A stretch of DNA of 55,748 nucleotides from a virus (IMGVR_UViG_3300044981_000063:1-55748), one strand, 5' to 3'; positions 1-7,770 are shown, numbered from the stretch's first letter. The notes: generated by a model not told the origin, from the letters alone. Made by a program: numbers and translations.

Positions 1-117
1 TTCATCAGGCGTGATTATCCAATCCGGCTCGTTGTAAACGTTGCCGTCCAAAAGCAGGAGCGCGCCAGCATCCGTCTTAGCCTTGAGCGCCCTTGCAATA
101 TCGTGAACGGATCGCAT
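1..117 (-). CDS. Hypothetical protein, truncated at left edge (MRSVHDIARALKAK...)
   Basis: ATG at 117 preceded by AGGAG; frame open to position 1. Confidence 0.6.
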   Translation of the reverse strand, partial: MRSVHDIARALKAKTDAGALLLLDGNVYNEPDWIITPDE

Positions 118-131
118 CCCGGCTCCTATTT

Positions 132-428
132 TTACCAAAGGTCTTCTGAGAACAATCGGCCGCCAACATTCAGCGCAGGATGGTCGATCTGTGGTTGCCC
201 TGCGGCCTTCACGATGCGGAGCGCCTTGGTCCGACTTACAAAGCGCCCACGGCTGGTGAGGAAACCTTGAGCGCCGGGACCGATGAATGCATTCTCGTCA
301 ACGGTATCGAATATGTGCCGCATGACGGTGTGATGCCGCGCGGGGGGCGGCAGGTGGTAGACGGTGCCCTTGTAGACACAGGCAGCCGCTACGACTGTCT
401 CAACCGGCTGTGTTTCTAAGACCTGCAC
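132..428 (-). CDS. Conserved phage hypothetical protein
   Basis: ARHH...QGFLTSRGRFVSR..A...LFSEDLW pattern typical of a recurrent phage family; GTG start after AGGAG. Confidence 0.75.
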   Translation of the reverse strand: MQVLETQPVETVVAAACVYKGTVYHLPPPARHHTVMRHIFDTVDENAFIGPGAQGFLTSRGRFVSRTKALRIVKAAGQPQIDHPALNVGGRLFSEDLW

Positions 429-438
429 GAAATCGCTC

Positions 439-675
439 CTATTTTGGTTGTGGTAGTTGGTCAGACCATTCGCGCGGGGCCTGCGTCGGGTCGTACTTGC
501 ATGCTTGCAAGATATTCCCGCAGCCACCCTTCGCTTCGTCATGGTGGCCATCGCGCGTCAGAGAGAAAATCAAAATGATCGCAGGCACCGCGGTGGCTGC
601 GAACCCGACGAATGCCCCATGGATGAACGCGACGGTTTCGCGCGCCTTCCGATCCCGTTCTTCTAAAGTCATCAT
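439..675 (-). CDS. Small membrane protein
   Basis: One hydrophobic segment (FIHGAFVGFAATAVPAIILIFSL); packed in operon. Confidence 0.65.
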   Translation of the reverse strand: MMTLEERDRKARETVAFIHGAFVGFAATAVPAIILIFSLTRDGHHDEAKGGCGNILQACKYDPTQAPREWSDQLPQPK

Positions 676-686
676 CCGGTCGCTCC

Positions 687-920
687 CTACTTCCTCAACA
701 TTGCTTTTAGAACTTTAAGGCTTGCCGTTTCTGCGGCTCGGTCAATCTTGATCCCCAGCGCCTCGCAGATGCGAACCACGGTCGAAAAGCCAGGGTCTTT
801 GACGTGGCCGGTTTCGATTTTGGAAAGGAGTGCGTTCGATATGCCACATTCCTTTTCCAACCGGCGCAGCGTCCACCCTTTACATTCACGGCCTATCGCT
901 AGAAGTTCGCCAAGGCGCAT
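687..920 (-). CDS. XRE-family HTH transcriptional regulator
   Basis: RECKGWTLRRLEKECGISNALLSKIETG..DPGFSTVVRICEALGI. Confidence 0.9.
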   Translation of the reverse strand: MRLGELLAIGRECKGWTLRRLEKECGISNALLSKIETGHVKDPGFSTVVRICEALGIKIDRAAETASLKVLKAMLRK

Positions 921-928
921 CGGGCCTC

Positions 929-1273
929 CTATTCTAAGTATTGTTCAACCCAGACGCCATCAATCAGGCGCAAATGCTTGGGCCGAACGGTTTCAACAAA
1001 AGCAATAATCTCATCGCAGCTTGTCGAGAACCATTCCCGACCACGGACTGCGGATTTCTTAAATTCCTTTATCACCGCGCGCTCTACAATCGAGGGACAA
1101 CCGGCGATCATCAGCCAAACCTTCACCATTCTCACAGGCGGCAGATGCTTGCGCCTTGAAGGCGACGTAAGGTTTTTGATGCGGATTTCCGGCTGGCTCG
1201 TAATGCCGATCTTTGTGTAGGTACCATCACTGGCGACATACAGGTACGGCAGGAGGCCGGTGCTGATACTCAT
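929..1273 (-). CDS. GIY-YIG nuclease family protein (T5orf172-like)
   Basis: YLYV...TKIGIT..PE.RI..L...E...GREWF motifs; ATGA overlap with upstream gene. Confidence 0.8.
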   Translation of the reverse strand: MSISTGLLPYLYVASDGTYTKIGITSQPEIRIKNLTSPSRRKHLPPVRMVKVWLMIAGCPSIVERAVIKEFKKSAVRGREWFSTSCDEIIAFVETVRPKHLRLIDGVWVEQYLE

Positions 1274-1812
1274 TTCGGACGCCTCCCCGCCGTGACGCCA
1301 CGCGCGCCCAAGACCTTGTAGGCCGTAGCTGGCCGCCAACCGTGCATAAGATCAATGGCTTCGGCCACGCTGAACTTGGGATTGCGCCAGATAATGAGGG
1401 CCTCCCGCTCTGCCATCTGGCCGTTTTCCCTGCGGCGCGTAGCGGCCCGCTGGCGGGCAAGTTCGGCCATGTACTCAGGAGAGGGCTTGGGCGGATCAAG
1501 GGCTTCGTTCATCATCTGCACACCACTGGCGCGGCTATTCCGGCCCGTCTCAACATCCAGCACCGTAGCGCCCCAGGAATGCACCAGCTTGATAGCCGCA
1601 TCTATGGAGCGCCTGCCTTTGCCGAAGGCCAGAAGGCCGTCCACGACCCCTAGAAACTCGTCTTGGCGCATCTTGAACTTGCCGGGTGTTTCGCCCTTGT
1701 CTGCCCGGTAAATCTGGCGAGGAAGTAGGCCAGATTCTTCAAGCCGCTTGGCATCCTTCTGGTCGCGGGCATAGCCTCGGACGGCGTGAGGGGCTGTTTT
1801 GGCAGTTTTCAT
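1270..1812 (-). CDS. Degenerate serine-resolvase-like protein with C-terminal HTH, catalytic Ser absent
   Basis: GYARDQ in place of GYARVS; L..SG....IY.ADK; GATVLDVETG; C-terminal SVAEAIDLMHGWRPATAYKVL resembling the resolvase HTH. Confidence 0.6.
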   Translation of the reverse strand: MKTAKTAPHAVRGYARDQKDAKRLEESGLLPRQIYRADKGETPGKFKMRQDEFLGVVDGLLAFGKGRRSIDAAIKLVHSWGATVLDVETGRNSRASGVQMMNEALDPPKPSPEYMAELARQRAATRRRENGQMAEREALIIWRNPKFSVAEAIDLMHGWRPATAYKVLGARGVTAGRRPK

Positions 1813-1818
1813 AGAATA

Positions 1819-1859
1819 TTTCTACACGCATTGACAATCCGCTGTCAAGGGCGTATATG
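1819..1859. promoter_or_regulatory. Divergent sigma70-type promoter pair built on the palindrome TTGACA-N6-TGTCAA
   Basis: Plus: TTGACA 1831-1836, 17 nt, TATATG 1854-1859. Minus: TTGACA 1848-1843, 18 nt, TAGAAA 1824-1819. Confidence 0.7.
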
Positions 1860-1865
1860 AGGCTC

Positions 1866-1985
1866 TGCGGTAGTGGCGTCTAACCAGCGTCCGCACGTAG
1901 CTCAGAGGTAGAGCGAGCGTCGAAAGCCTTATGGTGAGGTGAGTAGCAGCGAAGGTCGGTGGTTCAATTCCACCCGTGTACCGCA
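1866..1985 (+). ncRNA. tRNA-like RNA with canonical D and T arms and a non-canonical anticodon domain
   Basis: TA-GCTC-AGAGGTA-GAGC D arm 1898-1914; GGTGG-TTCAATT-CCACC T arm 1958-1974; CACG/CGTG plus TGCGGTA/TACCGCA terminal pairing. Confidence 0.7.
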
Positions 1986-2009
1986 CTGAATTTTGTAGAA
2001 AGGGCCGCC

Positions 2010-2201
2010 GTGGAAGACGCAACGCCAATCGAAGTAAACTTACCGTTTCAACGAGTGCCGGTATGCGCCTGTGACCCAGGCCACGGCGAGGCGCCTAAAC
2101 TATGGCAGAGATTAGAATGCGGTTTGCGCGGTGGGCCATGTTCGCCACGCTACGCGAAAGATCACCCAGAAGCGGCAGATGCCGCGCAACCTCCAAAATA
2201 G
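2010..2201 (+). CDS. Small hypothetical protein with 4 Cys
   Basis: GTG start after AGAAAGGG; stop 7 nt before next ATG. Confidence 0.5.
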   Translation: MEDATPIEVNLPFQRVPVCACDPGHGEAPKLWQRLECGLRGGPCSPRYAKDHPEAADAAQPPK

Positions 2202-2208
2202 GCCCGAA

Positions 2209-2700
2209 ATGAGCGAACACGCAGCAGCACAGGTCATCGGAGCAGCAACGCTTGGCGCGCGCGGCCCCAGCAGGGCTCTAAAGCCCGACGCACAGGGCTT
2301 CGATGAAGTCAGGATTATTACCGTCCCGCGCTTCAAGGAAAGTGGTCTGAGCGGAGACGAATGGCGCATATCGGCCAGCATCCAAGTTTTCCGCAAGGGA
2401 AACCTGATCCATGAACAGGATTATAGGAACGTTGAAACTGCCGCTGCATATCTCCCCGCGCTTCTGGGAACCCTGAATGATGACGGGAAGGCTTTCTATG
2501 CTGGCGAGGGTGATGTGTGCGACCAGGAGGGCTGCTGCGCGCCCGCTACGGTGACTTACAAGCTCAAGGCACAATATTGCCGGGATGGCCATAAGTCGGA
2601 GTTGTTTGGCCCTACCATCCGCAAGTTCTGTGAGCGGCACAAGCATCGCGGCGATTGCGGATTGGAAGACTCCGACGACAACTACGAACCATTTGTTTAA
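2209..2700 (+). CDS. Conserved phage hypothetical protein with Cys/His-rich C-terminus
   Basis: VPRFKESGLSGDEWRIS...CDQEGC...FCERH.HRGDCGLEDSDDNY. Confidence 0.75.
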   Translation: MSEHAAAQVIGAATLGARGPSRALKPDAQGFDEVRIITVPRFKESGLSGDEWRISASIQVFRKGNLIHEQDYRNVETAAAYLPALLGTLNDDGKAFYAGEGDVCDQEGCCAPATVTYKLKAQYCRDGHKSELFGPTIRKFCERHKHRGDCGLEDSDDNYEPFV

Positions 2701-2712
2701 AAAGGCCCCAAA

Positions 2713-3060
2713 ATGGCTGAACAGACCGAGCGCGATCGCCCATCACGACACGGCCAAGCCCTCGGGGATGCGCTATGGCTCCTGATGGAGGCAGGCAAGA
2801 AAGACTTCCCAGGCACGCCGCCGGAATGCTGTGCAACCTGCGCCTTCCGCCGCGCGGCGGATCATGCAGTTTGCGCAGAGAACACCTCCGTCCAAGGGAT
2901 GGATCGCAAGCCATTGTTCACGCGGCAAGACCAGATCACAGGCCATCAGCTTACTGTAGTCTCCGCGACAATCGAAACATCTTACCAAGCGGCTCACAAA
3001 ATCCTTCGCTTCCGGCATTCGATGCTCCCTATTTATCCCCGACGCATTGCAGCGCCGTAA
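2713..3060 (+). pseudogene. Probably truncated hypothetical gene (protein-like only to CCATCAFR, about 2850)
   Basis: Overlaps the convergent gene 2773-3018 head-on. Confidence 0.4.
2773..3018 (-). CDS. Zinc-finger-like hypothetical protein
   Basis: CFDC...DLVLP..QW..I.P..GGVLCANC; AGGGAG RBS. Confidence 0.65.
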   Translation of the reverse strand: MPEAKDFVSRLVRCFDCRGDYSKLMACDLVLPREQWLAIHPLDGGVLCANCMIRRAAEGAGCTAFRRRAWEVFLACLHQEP

Positions 3061-3217
3061 GTTTATTTCCCAACGCCGTATCAATCTGATGAACGGCAGT
3101 AAGTACGTCCTGCGGCACATACCCACCGCCCATTTCATGCCGAAACAATAGAACATCACGCGCTGTCTTAAGCGCGGACTTTTGTTCTCTGTAACGGGTG
3201 AACTTAAGTGGCATCAA
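3029..3217 (-). CDS. Hypothetical protein
   Basis: AAGGAG RBS, operon packing. Confidence 0.55.
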   Translation of the reverse strand: MMPLKFTRYREQKSALKTARDVLLFRHEMGGGYVPQDVLTAVHQIDTALGNKLTALQCVGDK

Positions 3218-3226
3218 CCGCTCCTT

Positions 3227-3508
3227 TTATGCCGCCGTCTGCGCCGGCAATAGCCGCGAAATCTTCGCGTGGGCCGGACTTTCCCGATCCATTTCCTTGT
3301 AGATTTCCACCACCGTCAGAAGATAGCGCAGCGCGCACCAGGCGAGCGGCGTCGGCCGGAAAGTTGGGTCTTGTTCCCAATTGCGGATTGTGCGGGCGCC
3401 GCGGGAGCCAAAGCCCAGCGCGTCGGATAGTTCATTCTGGGAAAGGCCAAGATGCTCGCGGATCTGGCGAAGCTCGGGGCCGGTTGGAATTGCGCTTGTG
3501 ATCACCAC
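3227..3508 (-). CDS. XRE-family HTH regulator
   Basis: ELRQIREHLGLSQNELSDALGF...RTIRNWEQ. Confidence 0.85.
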   Translation of the reverse strand: MVITSAIPTGPELRQIREHLGLSQNELSDALGFGSRGARTIRNWEQDPTFRPTPLAWCALRYLLTVVEIYKEMDRESPAHAKISRLLPAQTAA

Positions 3509-3575
3509 CGCCAGAGAACCCCCGCTGCAGCCAATATCGTGATTATGAGCATGAGGATGTTGAAATTCCGTTCGC

Positions 3576-3755
3576 TCAAGAAAATGCCCACCCCAGAAAA
3601 GCTATAGCGGACACCAGCAGGCATATGCAGGCCAGGCGGAAAACCTCCAGCCACCAGCCTGAATAGGGCTGTGAAGGCTCCGGTGCATCCCCAGAATGAA
3701 CCCGAACGAATTTGTCCTGATAGTCAGCCATGAGGCTAGGAATGGGGCGGCTCAT
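3576..3755 (-). CDS. Small protein with C-terminal TM helix
   Basis: ATGA coupling; hydrophobic C-terminus. Confidence 0.55.
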   Translation of the reverse strand: MSRPIPSLMADYQDKFVRVHSGDAPEPSQPYSGWWLEVFRLACICLLVSAIAFLGWAFS

Positions 3756-3940
3756 GGGCCATATCCTTCGTCGCGGTCTGCGCAAGCGTCGCACTGATAG
3801 CCTTGTGCTTTGTCAGCCGGCGTCAGGCGGTTCGGTTCCCCGCAGGTAGGGCATAGAAGATTGCGCGGGTTTCTGGGACCGGAGGCGCGCAGCGCGCTCC
3901 GACCGCTCGGGTCTTCAAACATCCTGTTGCGATCGGTCAT
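3752..3940 (-). CDS. Small zinc-ribbon phage protein
   Basis: NPRNLLCPTCGEPNRLT..D...GYQCDACAD. Confidence 0.75.
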   Translation of the reverse strand: MTDRNRMFEDPSGRSALRASGPRNPRNLLCPTCGEPNRLTPADKAQGYQCDACADRDEGYGP

Positions 3941-4230
3941 GGAAATGCCGCCCAAATAGCTGCGCCCTCGATCGCCATAACTTCATCGGCATGATCATCA
4001 GCAATCCGGTGGGCATTGGCAAAGCCGCCGCGAAATGGATCGGAAGTATCGGCGGTATCGTAAACCGTCTCCTGGGCCACAACCCGGAAATGCTCTCCGA
4101 TGCGCCCGTGCTTGACGCTGTAGCGGTGCCATTCGTCGGCATAGGCCTTGGCCTGCTCAAGATCAGGCGAGGGCCCGAAAGCTATCTCGCGCTCTCCTTG
4201 CAGGTTCAGGATAATGTATGTCTTGCCCAT
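3937..4230 (-). CDS. Hypothetical protein
   Basis: GGGAGG RBS before MGKTYII; ATGA coupling downstream. Confidence 0.65.
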   Translation of the reverse strand: MGKTYIILNLQGEREIAFGPSPDLEQAKAYADEWHRYSVKHGRIGEHFRVVAQETVYDTADTSDPFRGGFANAHRIADDHADEVMAIEGAAIWAAFP

Positions 4231-4252
4231 AAAAGCCTCCCGATTGTCTTCA

Positions 4253-4283
4253 AAACTATGCCATAGTTTCGCACAGCGCGCAA
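4253..4283 (-). promoter_or_regulatory. Putative promoter overlapped by palindromic operator AAACTATG-C-CATAGTTT
   Basis: Perfect 8-bp inverted repeat 4253-4269; TTGCGC-17-CATAGT on minus strand. Confidence 0.5.
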
Positions 4284-4312
4284 CGCTAAAGATTTGCCGA
4301 ATTTCCGCTATT

Positions 4313-4795
4313 TTAGACGTTTGGATACCGCATAGGACCGTTAATAACATCGCAAATAATTTCACCTTCTGGGACATCGGATTCCAACCATCCGGGCTGC
4401 CAAAGCTGCTTGGCCTGCATCCACCAGAGCATCGGCCTGCCTGCAAATCGGTCTGGCGCCCGCTGTCCTTTAGCGCGATCGGCTGCATCAGCGCGCGTCC
4501 GCTCAATCGCAAAGACAATATCGCCAATCTTGGGGAATTTCGTGCGCGCCACATCACGACGCCATGTGCCGGCGAACGCCTCAAGCTCCGGCGTGCGGTA
4601 CTTCGCTAAATCCTCCAGGTAATCCGACAGCAGTTCCTTGGCCTGGGCGCGCGTGAAACTCGGCGTCCAGTAATGCGAGCCCAGCTTGAGCAAGATCATC
4701 AGCTTGCGTTCATTTTCCGTTGGATCGCAGTTCGGCTGCGAGGTCGGCTGCACCAGCAAGCCAGTTATCGTTGTTTGATGGTTTTCCGTGTCCAT
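4313..4795 (-). CDS. Replication-associated protein (position of lambda P / helicase loader)
   Basis: Follows initiator-like gene; Y.EDL..Y...W......FPKIGDI pattern. Confidence 0.55.
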   Translation of the reverse strand: MDTENHQTTITGLLVQPTSQPNCDPTENERKLMILLKLGSHYWTPSFTRAQAKELLSDYLEDLAKYRTPELEAFAGTWRRDVARTKFPKIGDIVFAIERTRADAADRAKGQRAPDRFAGRPMLWWMQAKQLWQPGWLESDVPEGEIICDVINGPMRYPNV

Positions 4796-5198
4796 TGGGT
4801 TTGCTCCTGTTTTGCTCTTTTGCGAGCCATCGGTTTATAAAACTCGGCATTCCGGTGAGCGTCTTAGCGTTGCTGCGATTATGGATTAGCCAGCCTTCCA
4901 TGTTGCGAAGGTGCTGGGCGATATCGACGGCGGGGTAAAGCAGGACGAACTTCTGAAATTGGCTTTCATGCACACAATAGAAAACGCGATCTTGATTGGT
5001 GGGCAACGAAATAAAGACTGGGTCATTGATTGCGATCGCATTGGATTTACCGGGGCGCTTTTTCTTGTCTGGCGCTGCGTCCAGATATGCCGTCACCACC
5101 TGCAGGGCCAAAGCCGTCACCGATATTTTTGGGTCATTGATATAGGGGCGCAGGATGGCCTCGGCGGCTAAGATTTGTTCTAGATCCGGCGATTTCAT
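4710..5198 (-). CDS. Replication initiator-like protein (DnaT/DnaD-like C-terminal domain)
   Basis: LYPAVDIAQHLRNMEGWL..N...KT..GM..FINRWLAKEQNR. Confidence 0.65.
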   Translation of the reverse strand: MKSPDLEQILAAEAILRPYINDPKISVTALALQVVTAYLDAAPDKKKRPGKSNAIAINDPVFISLPTNQDRVFYCVHESQFQKFVLLYPAVDIAQHLRNMEGWLIHNRSNAKTLTGMPSFINRWLAKEQNRSKPNGHGKPSNNDNWLAGAADLAAELRSNGK

Positions 5199-5363
5199 TT
5201 AATATTTCCCCTCGTATTCTTTCGGGTCAATTCTTCTTACGCCGGATGCGGGGCCGAACGTTCCCCTTACCTTTGGTCGCGCTGCTTTCGATCCTGCAAT
5301 ATATTGGATCAATTTCGGTGCTTTTCCAGCAGCTCTCAAAAGCTTGTTCTTCCGGTTTTTCAT
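5199..5363 (-). CDS. Small basic protein (54 aa, MKNRKNKLL...)
   Basis: Fills the gap exactly between neighbouring genes with ATGA overlap. Confidence 0.55.
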   Translation of the reverse strand: MKNRKNKLLRAAGKAPKLIQYIAGSKAARPKVRGTFGPASGVRRIDPKEYEGKY

Positions 5364-6124
5364 GCTGCGAGCGCCCTTGGAAACGCTTTGTGTTCGACCC
5401 CATCAACCAAACACCCCGTCGCTTTGCCGCGCACCCCGCCGTTCTGTTTGTGGTGGAAGGCGATACCGAGGTCGCGACACTGGTCCCGGAGATAGCGAAC
5501 TGCATCTATGTCCAGCGGACGAAAGCCGAGGCCGCTCTCGCCGCCCGTGATGATCCAGTCCAGGTTCGCCTTGGCGTCCTTATGGTCAAGGACGATGCGG
5601 CCAAGCAGCGGTTCGGCGCTGACCCCACGCCAGGGTGCCGGTACGGCGGACAGCTTGAGCCTGTCCCGGTCGTATTCCTCTTGGTTGACCATCGTGGCCA
5701 TGATCCCCACATGGGCAAACGGCCAATCCGTGGGGACCATCCTCAAGACGTTCCCGATGCGCTTGGTCAAGAGAATCCACCGCAGGTTCGGCGTCTCGCG
5801 GAGAAGCTGCCATAGGTCAGCGCGCCATTCGTCTGGCACTTCATTGTCGAACACATCGGCCAGCGAGGCACAGAATACGCGCGGGCGGTATCCCGTCTCT
5901 ATGGCCTTCCGGTTCCAGCGTAGTGGCTGCTTCCACGTAGAAACTGATGTTCTGTGCCTTGGCTGCCCTGATCCCCATTTCGCCCAGCCATATCTTTGGG
6001 ACAAAGTCCGAGCATAGCAGTTGTCACAACCGCCGCCGCCAGTCTTTTTGATGCTAACCTCTGTGCATCCTATCCACGGGTTCATTGTACAGTCGCACCA
6101 GGAAATGTTTGTCGTTTCAGCCAT
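5360..6124 (-). CDS. DUF5131 / phage Gp37Gp68 family radical-SAM-like protein
   Basis: T.ISWCD.T.NPWIGC...GCDNCYA; VFCASLADVF; LLTKR; SAEPLLG; WIITGGESG; FHHKQ.GG. Confidence 0.93.
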   Translation of the reverse strand: MAETTNISWCDCTMNPWIGCTEVSIKKTGGGGCDNCYARTLSQRYGWAKWGSGQPRHRTSVSTWKQPLRWNRKAIETGYRPRVFCASLADVFDNEVPDEWRADLWQLLRETPNLRWILLTKRIGNVLRMVPTDWPFAHVGIMATMVNQEEYDRDRLKLSAVPAPWRGVSAEPLLGRIVLDHKDAKANLDWIITGGESGLGFRPLDIDAVRYLRDQCRDLGIAFHHKQNGGVRGKATGCLVDGVEHKAFPRALAA

Positions 6125-6342
6125 CAGATGAGCCCTTCTTTCTCCGCAAACCAGCGGCGGACTTGGAGTTGGATATCATCCCCTTCAGAGCCATCTAAAA
6201 GCCGGTCATCACCGCCATGCACGCAAGACCGCGGGCACCAGCATATCGTGCCATGGTCGTCTTCGATCTGCACCGCCTTTGGCCGCACAGCTAAAACCTT
6301 GCAGGAAATTGTTGTGTATGGATCATCGTAGTCAAATGGCAT
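6124..6342 (-). CDS. Small conserved phage protein
   Basis: KAV......WCPRS.....WFAEKEGLI pattern. Confidence 0.7.
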   Translation of the reverse strand: MPFDYDDPYTTISCKVLAVRPKAVQIEDDHGTICWCPRSCVHGGDDRLLDGSEGDDIQLQVRRWFAEKEGLI

Positions 6343-6646
6343 CAGAAACCTCCGCAGGCTGCATTTCAGCCGCGCGCTGAATTAAACTCTTTATCTGATC
6401 CAGATGCTTTCGTGAAAGATGAAACCATTCTCCGTTACGGCGCTGCTTGTAGAAAATATTGTGGGCGTATTTTTCGATAGAGCGAGCATGTGCTGGTGAT
6501 TTGCATTTAACCGTGCCGAGTAATGTGAGCTTGTATGGGCTGCCGGTCTGGAGCCTTCTAAGCCGTTTTTCTGGGTTCGATGACGAGCCAATTTTTATCC
6601 GCTTTAATTCTTGCTGGCGTAGAGCGGTGATAAAATAGACATACAT
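6332..6646 (-). CDS. GIY-YIG nuclease family protein (T5orf172-like)
   Basis: YVYFI...IKIG.S.NPEKRL..LQTGSP..L.LL...E...H......NGEWF. Confidence 0.88.
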   Translation of the reverse strand: MYVYFITALRQQELKRIKIGSSSNPEKRLRRLQTGSPYKLTLLGTVKCKSPAHARSIEKYAHNIFYKQRRNGEWFHLSRKHLDQIKSLIQRAAEMQPAEVSDAI

Positions 6647-6975
6647 CTAGACTTCTCCATAGCTCTGCATTTTCCGCCTGCCGGAATACCCCGGTCAGAG
6701 ACCGCCTGATGGCCTAGGGGAGATATTCCCCCGCGTACTAACTGATTTGGGCCTCCGCCCCGGCGCTGTTCCCATGTCGCCGTCCACCATCTGGGGATTT
6801 CATCGGCTCCCCAAACATTTTGACTACACAGGCTATGGGCCTCGCCAAAATGCTCCGATACCGCTTTGTAACCGTCTAGGCCGCCCGTTCCATGCCTGGA
6901 GCGCGGGCAATTTTTGACAGAAATAGGCTCTGCCGAGCCGTTGGGACACGACGGGTTTCAAAATGATGGCGGGGC

Positions 6976-7004
6976 TTGTTTTTAGAACGGGTCGGCTATA
7001 AATT
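6976..7004 (+). promoter_or_regulatory. Antisense promoter
   Basis: TTGTTT 6976-6981, 17 nt, TAAATT 6999-7004. Confidence 0.5.
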
Positions 7005-7010
7005 AAGCCT

Positions 7011-7089
7011 TCCACTGCCCGTTCCTGATGCCGCCAGCATCTTGAACCGCCCTCGGTGTCTCCCAAGACTCCGGGGGCTTTTTCTTTCT
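7011..7089 (+). ncRNA. Putative about 80-nt antisense sRNA
   Basis: Promoter upstream; hairpin GATGC/GCATC 7027-7041; terminator at 3' end; opposite to surrounding operon. Confidence 0.5.
7049..7089 (+). terminator. Rho-independent terminator
   Basis: GCCCTCGG-T-GTCT-ccca-AGAC-T-CCGGGGGC followed by TTTTTCTTTCT. Confidence 0.75.
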
Positions 7090-7172
7090 GGTTCCTCCTG
7101 CTCAGTCGGGTGTCTCCCGGGCGATTTGGAACCAATTCACGAAATAACCATAAATCCACTAGCCCTAGGGGG

Positions 7173-7541
7173 TCAACGGCTAGGTGTTGTGGGCTCGCCA
7201 GCGTTAACCACAACTATTGGCGATCTAGCCATTTTGGCGCTGGAACCGGTTAGAGCGGCTCTGGAAGGCCAGCGGAAGGCGGGGTCGTTTGGATGGCGTG
7301 GGCGACCGGCAGAACCTTGCCGCGCCTGGGCGGGCACCAGAATTGATTTGGTGGCTGTTTTGGTCTGATCCTCGGCTTCTAGGGCTTTGAGTTTGGACCG
7401 TAGCGCACTGAGGGTACGCCCCGTAATTGTGGCAATATCGTCTAAAGCGCATATGCCTTCGTAAAAACTCAGCGTCATGGCAGCGCGTAGGTAGAGGATT
7501 TCGACCTTGGACCAGCCGATGTTTTGGGGTGGCCTGGTCAT
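7173..7541 (-). CDS. Hypothetical protein, possible Myb/HTH-like N-terminus
   Basis: WSKVEILYL...DIATITGRTLSALRSKL; ATGA coupling. Confidence 0.6.
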   Translation of the reverse strand: MTRPPQNIGWSKVEILYLRAAMTLSFYEGICALDDIATITGRTLSALRSKLKALEAEDQTKTATKSILVPAQARQGSAGRPRHPNDPAFRWPSRAALTGSSAKMARSPIVVVNAGEPTTPSR

Positions 7542-7759
7542 GTCCTGCCTGCCCGAAACTCCGCGCTGCGGAGCTGGTGGCGCGCATGGCGGTCAGGGTC
7601 GGTCAATGTACATTGATGTACATCGGCGTACATTGGGGGCCTCAAATGCTCTGCCGGCCGTTCACCCTGCAGGTCCAAAATCACCGCCCTTCTCCGCTCC
7701 GCAAGCTGCTCTGCGGCCTTGCTGCGGAAGCGGCGGAAACAATGGCTGCATTTTGGCAT
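7538..7759 (-). CDS. Hypothetical protein
   Basis: AGGAGG RBS. Confidence 0.55.
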   Translation of the reverse strand: MPKCSHCFRRFRSKAAEQLAERRRAVILDLQGERPAEHLRPPMYADVHQCTLTDPDRHARHQLRSAEFRAGRT

Positions 7760-7770
7760 GCGACCTCCTA

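Noticed and set aside
1270-1812. Active invertase or integrase driving fibre inversion or lysogeny
   Set aside because: Catalytic Ser and DRLxR are missing, and no inverted-repeat-flanked invertible segment was noticed
1891-1985. Canonical decoding tRNA
   Set aside because: No pairable anticodon stem, acceptor mismatched at the first two positions, no assignable anticodon
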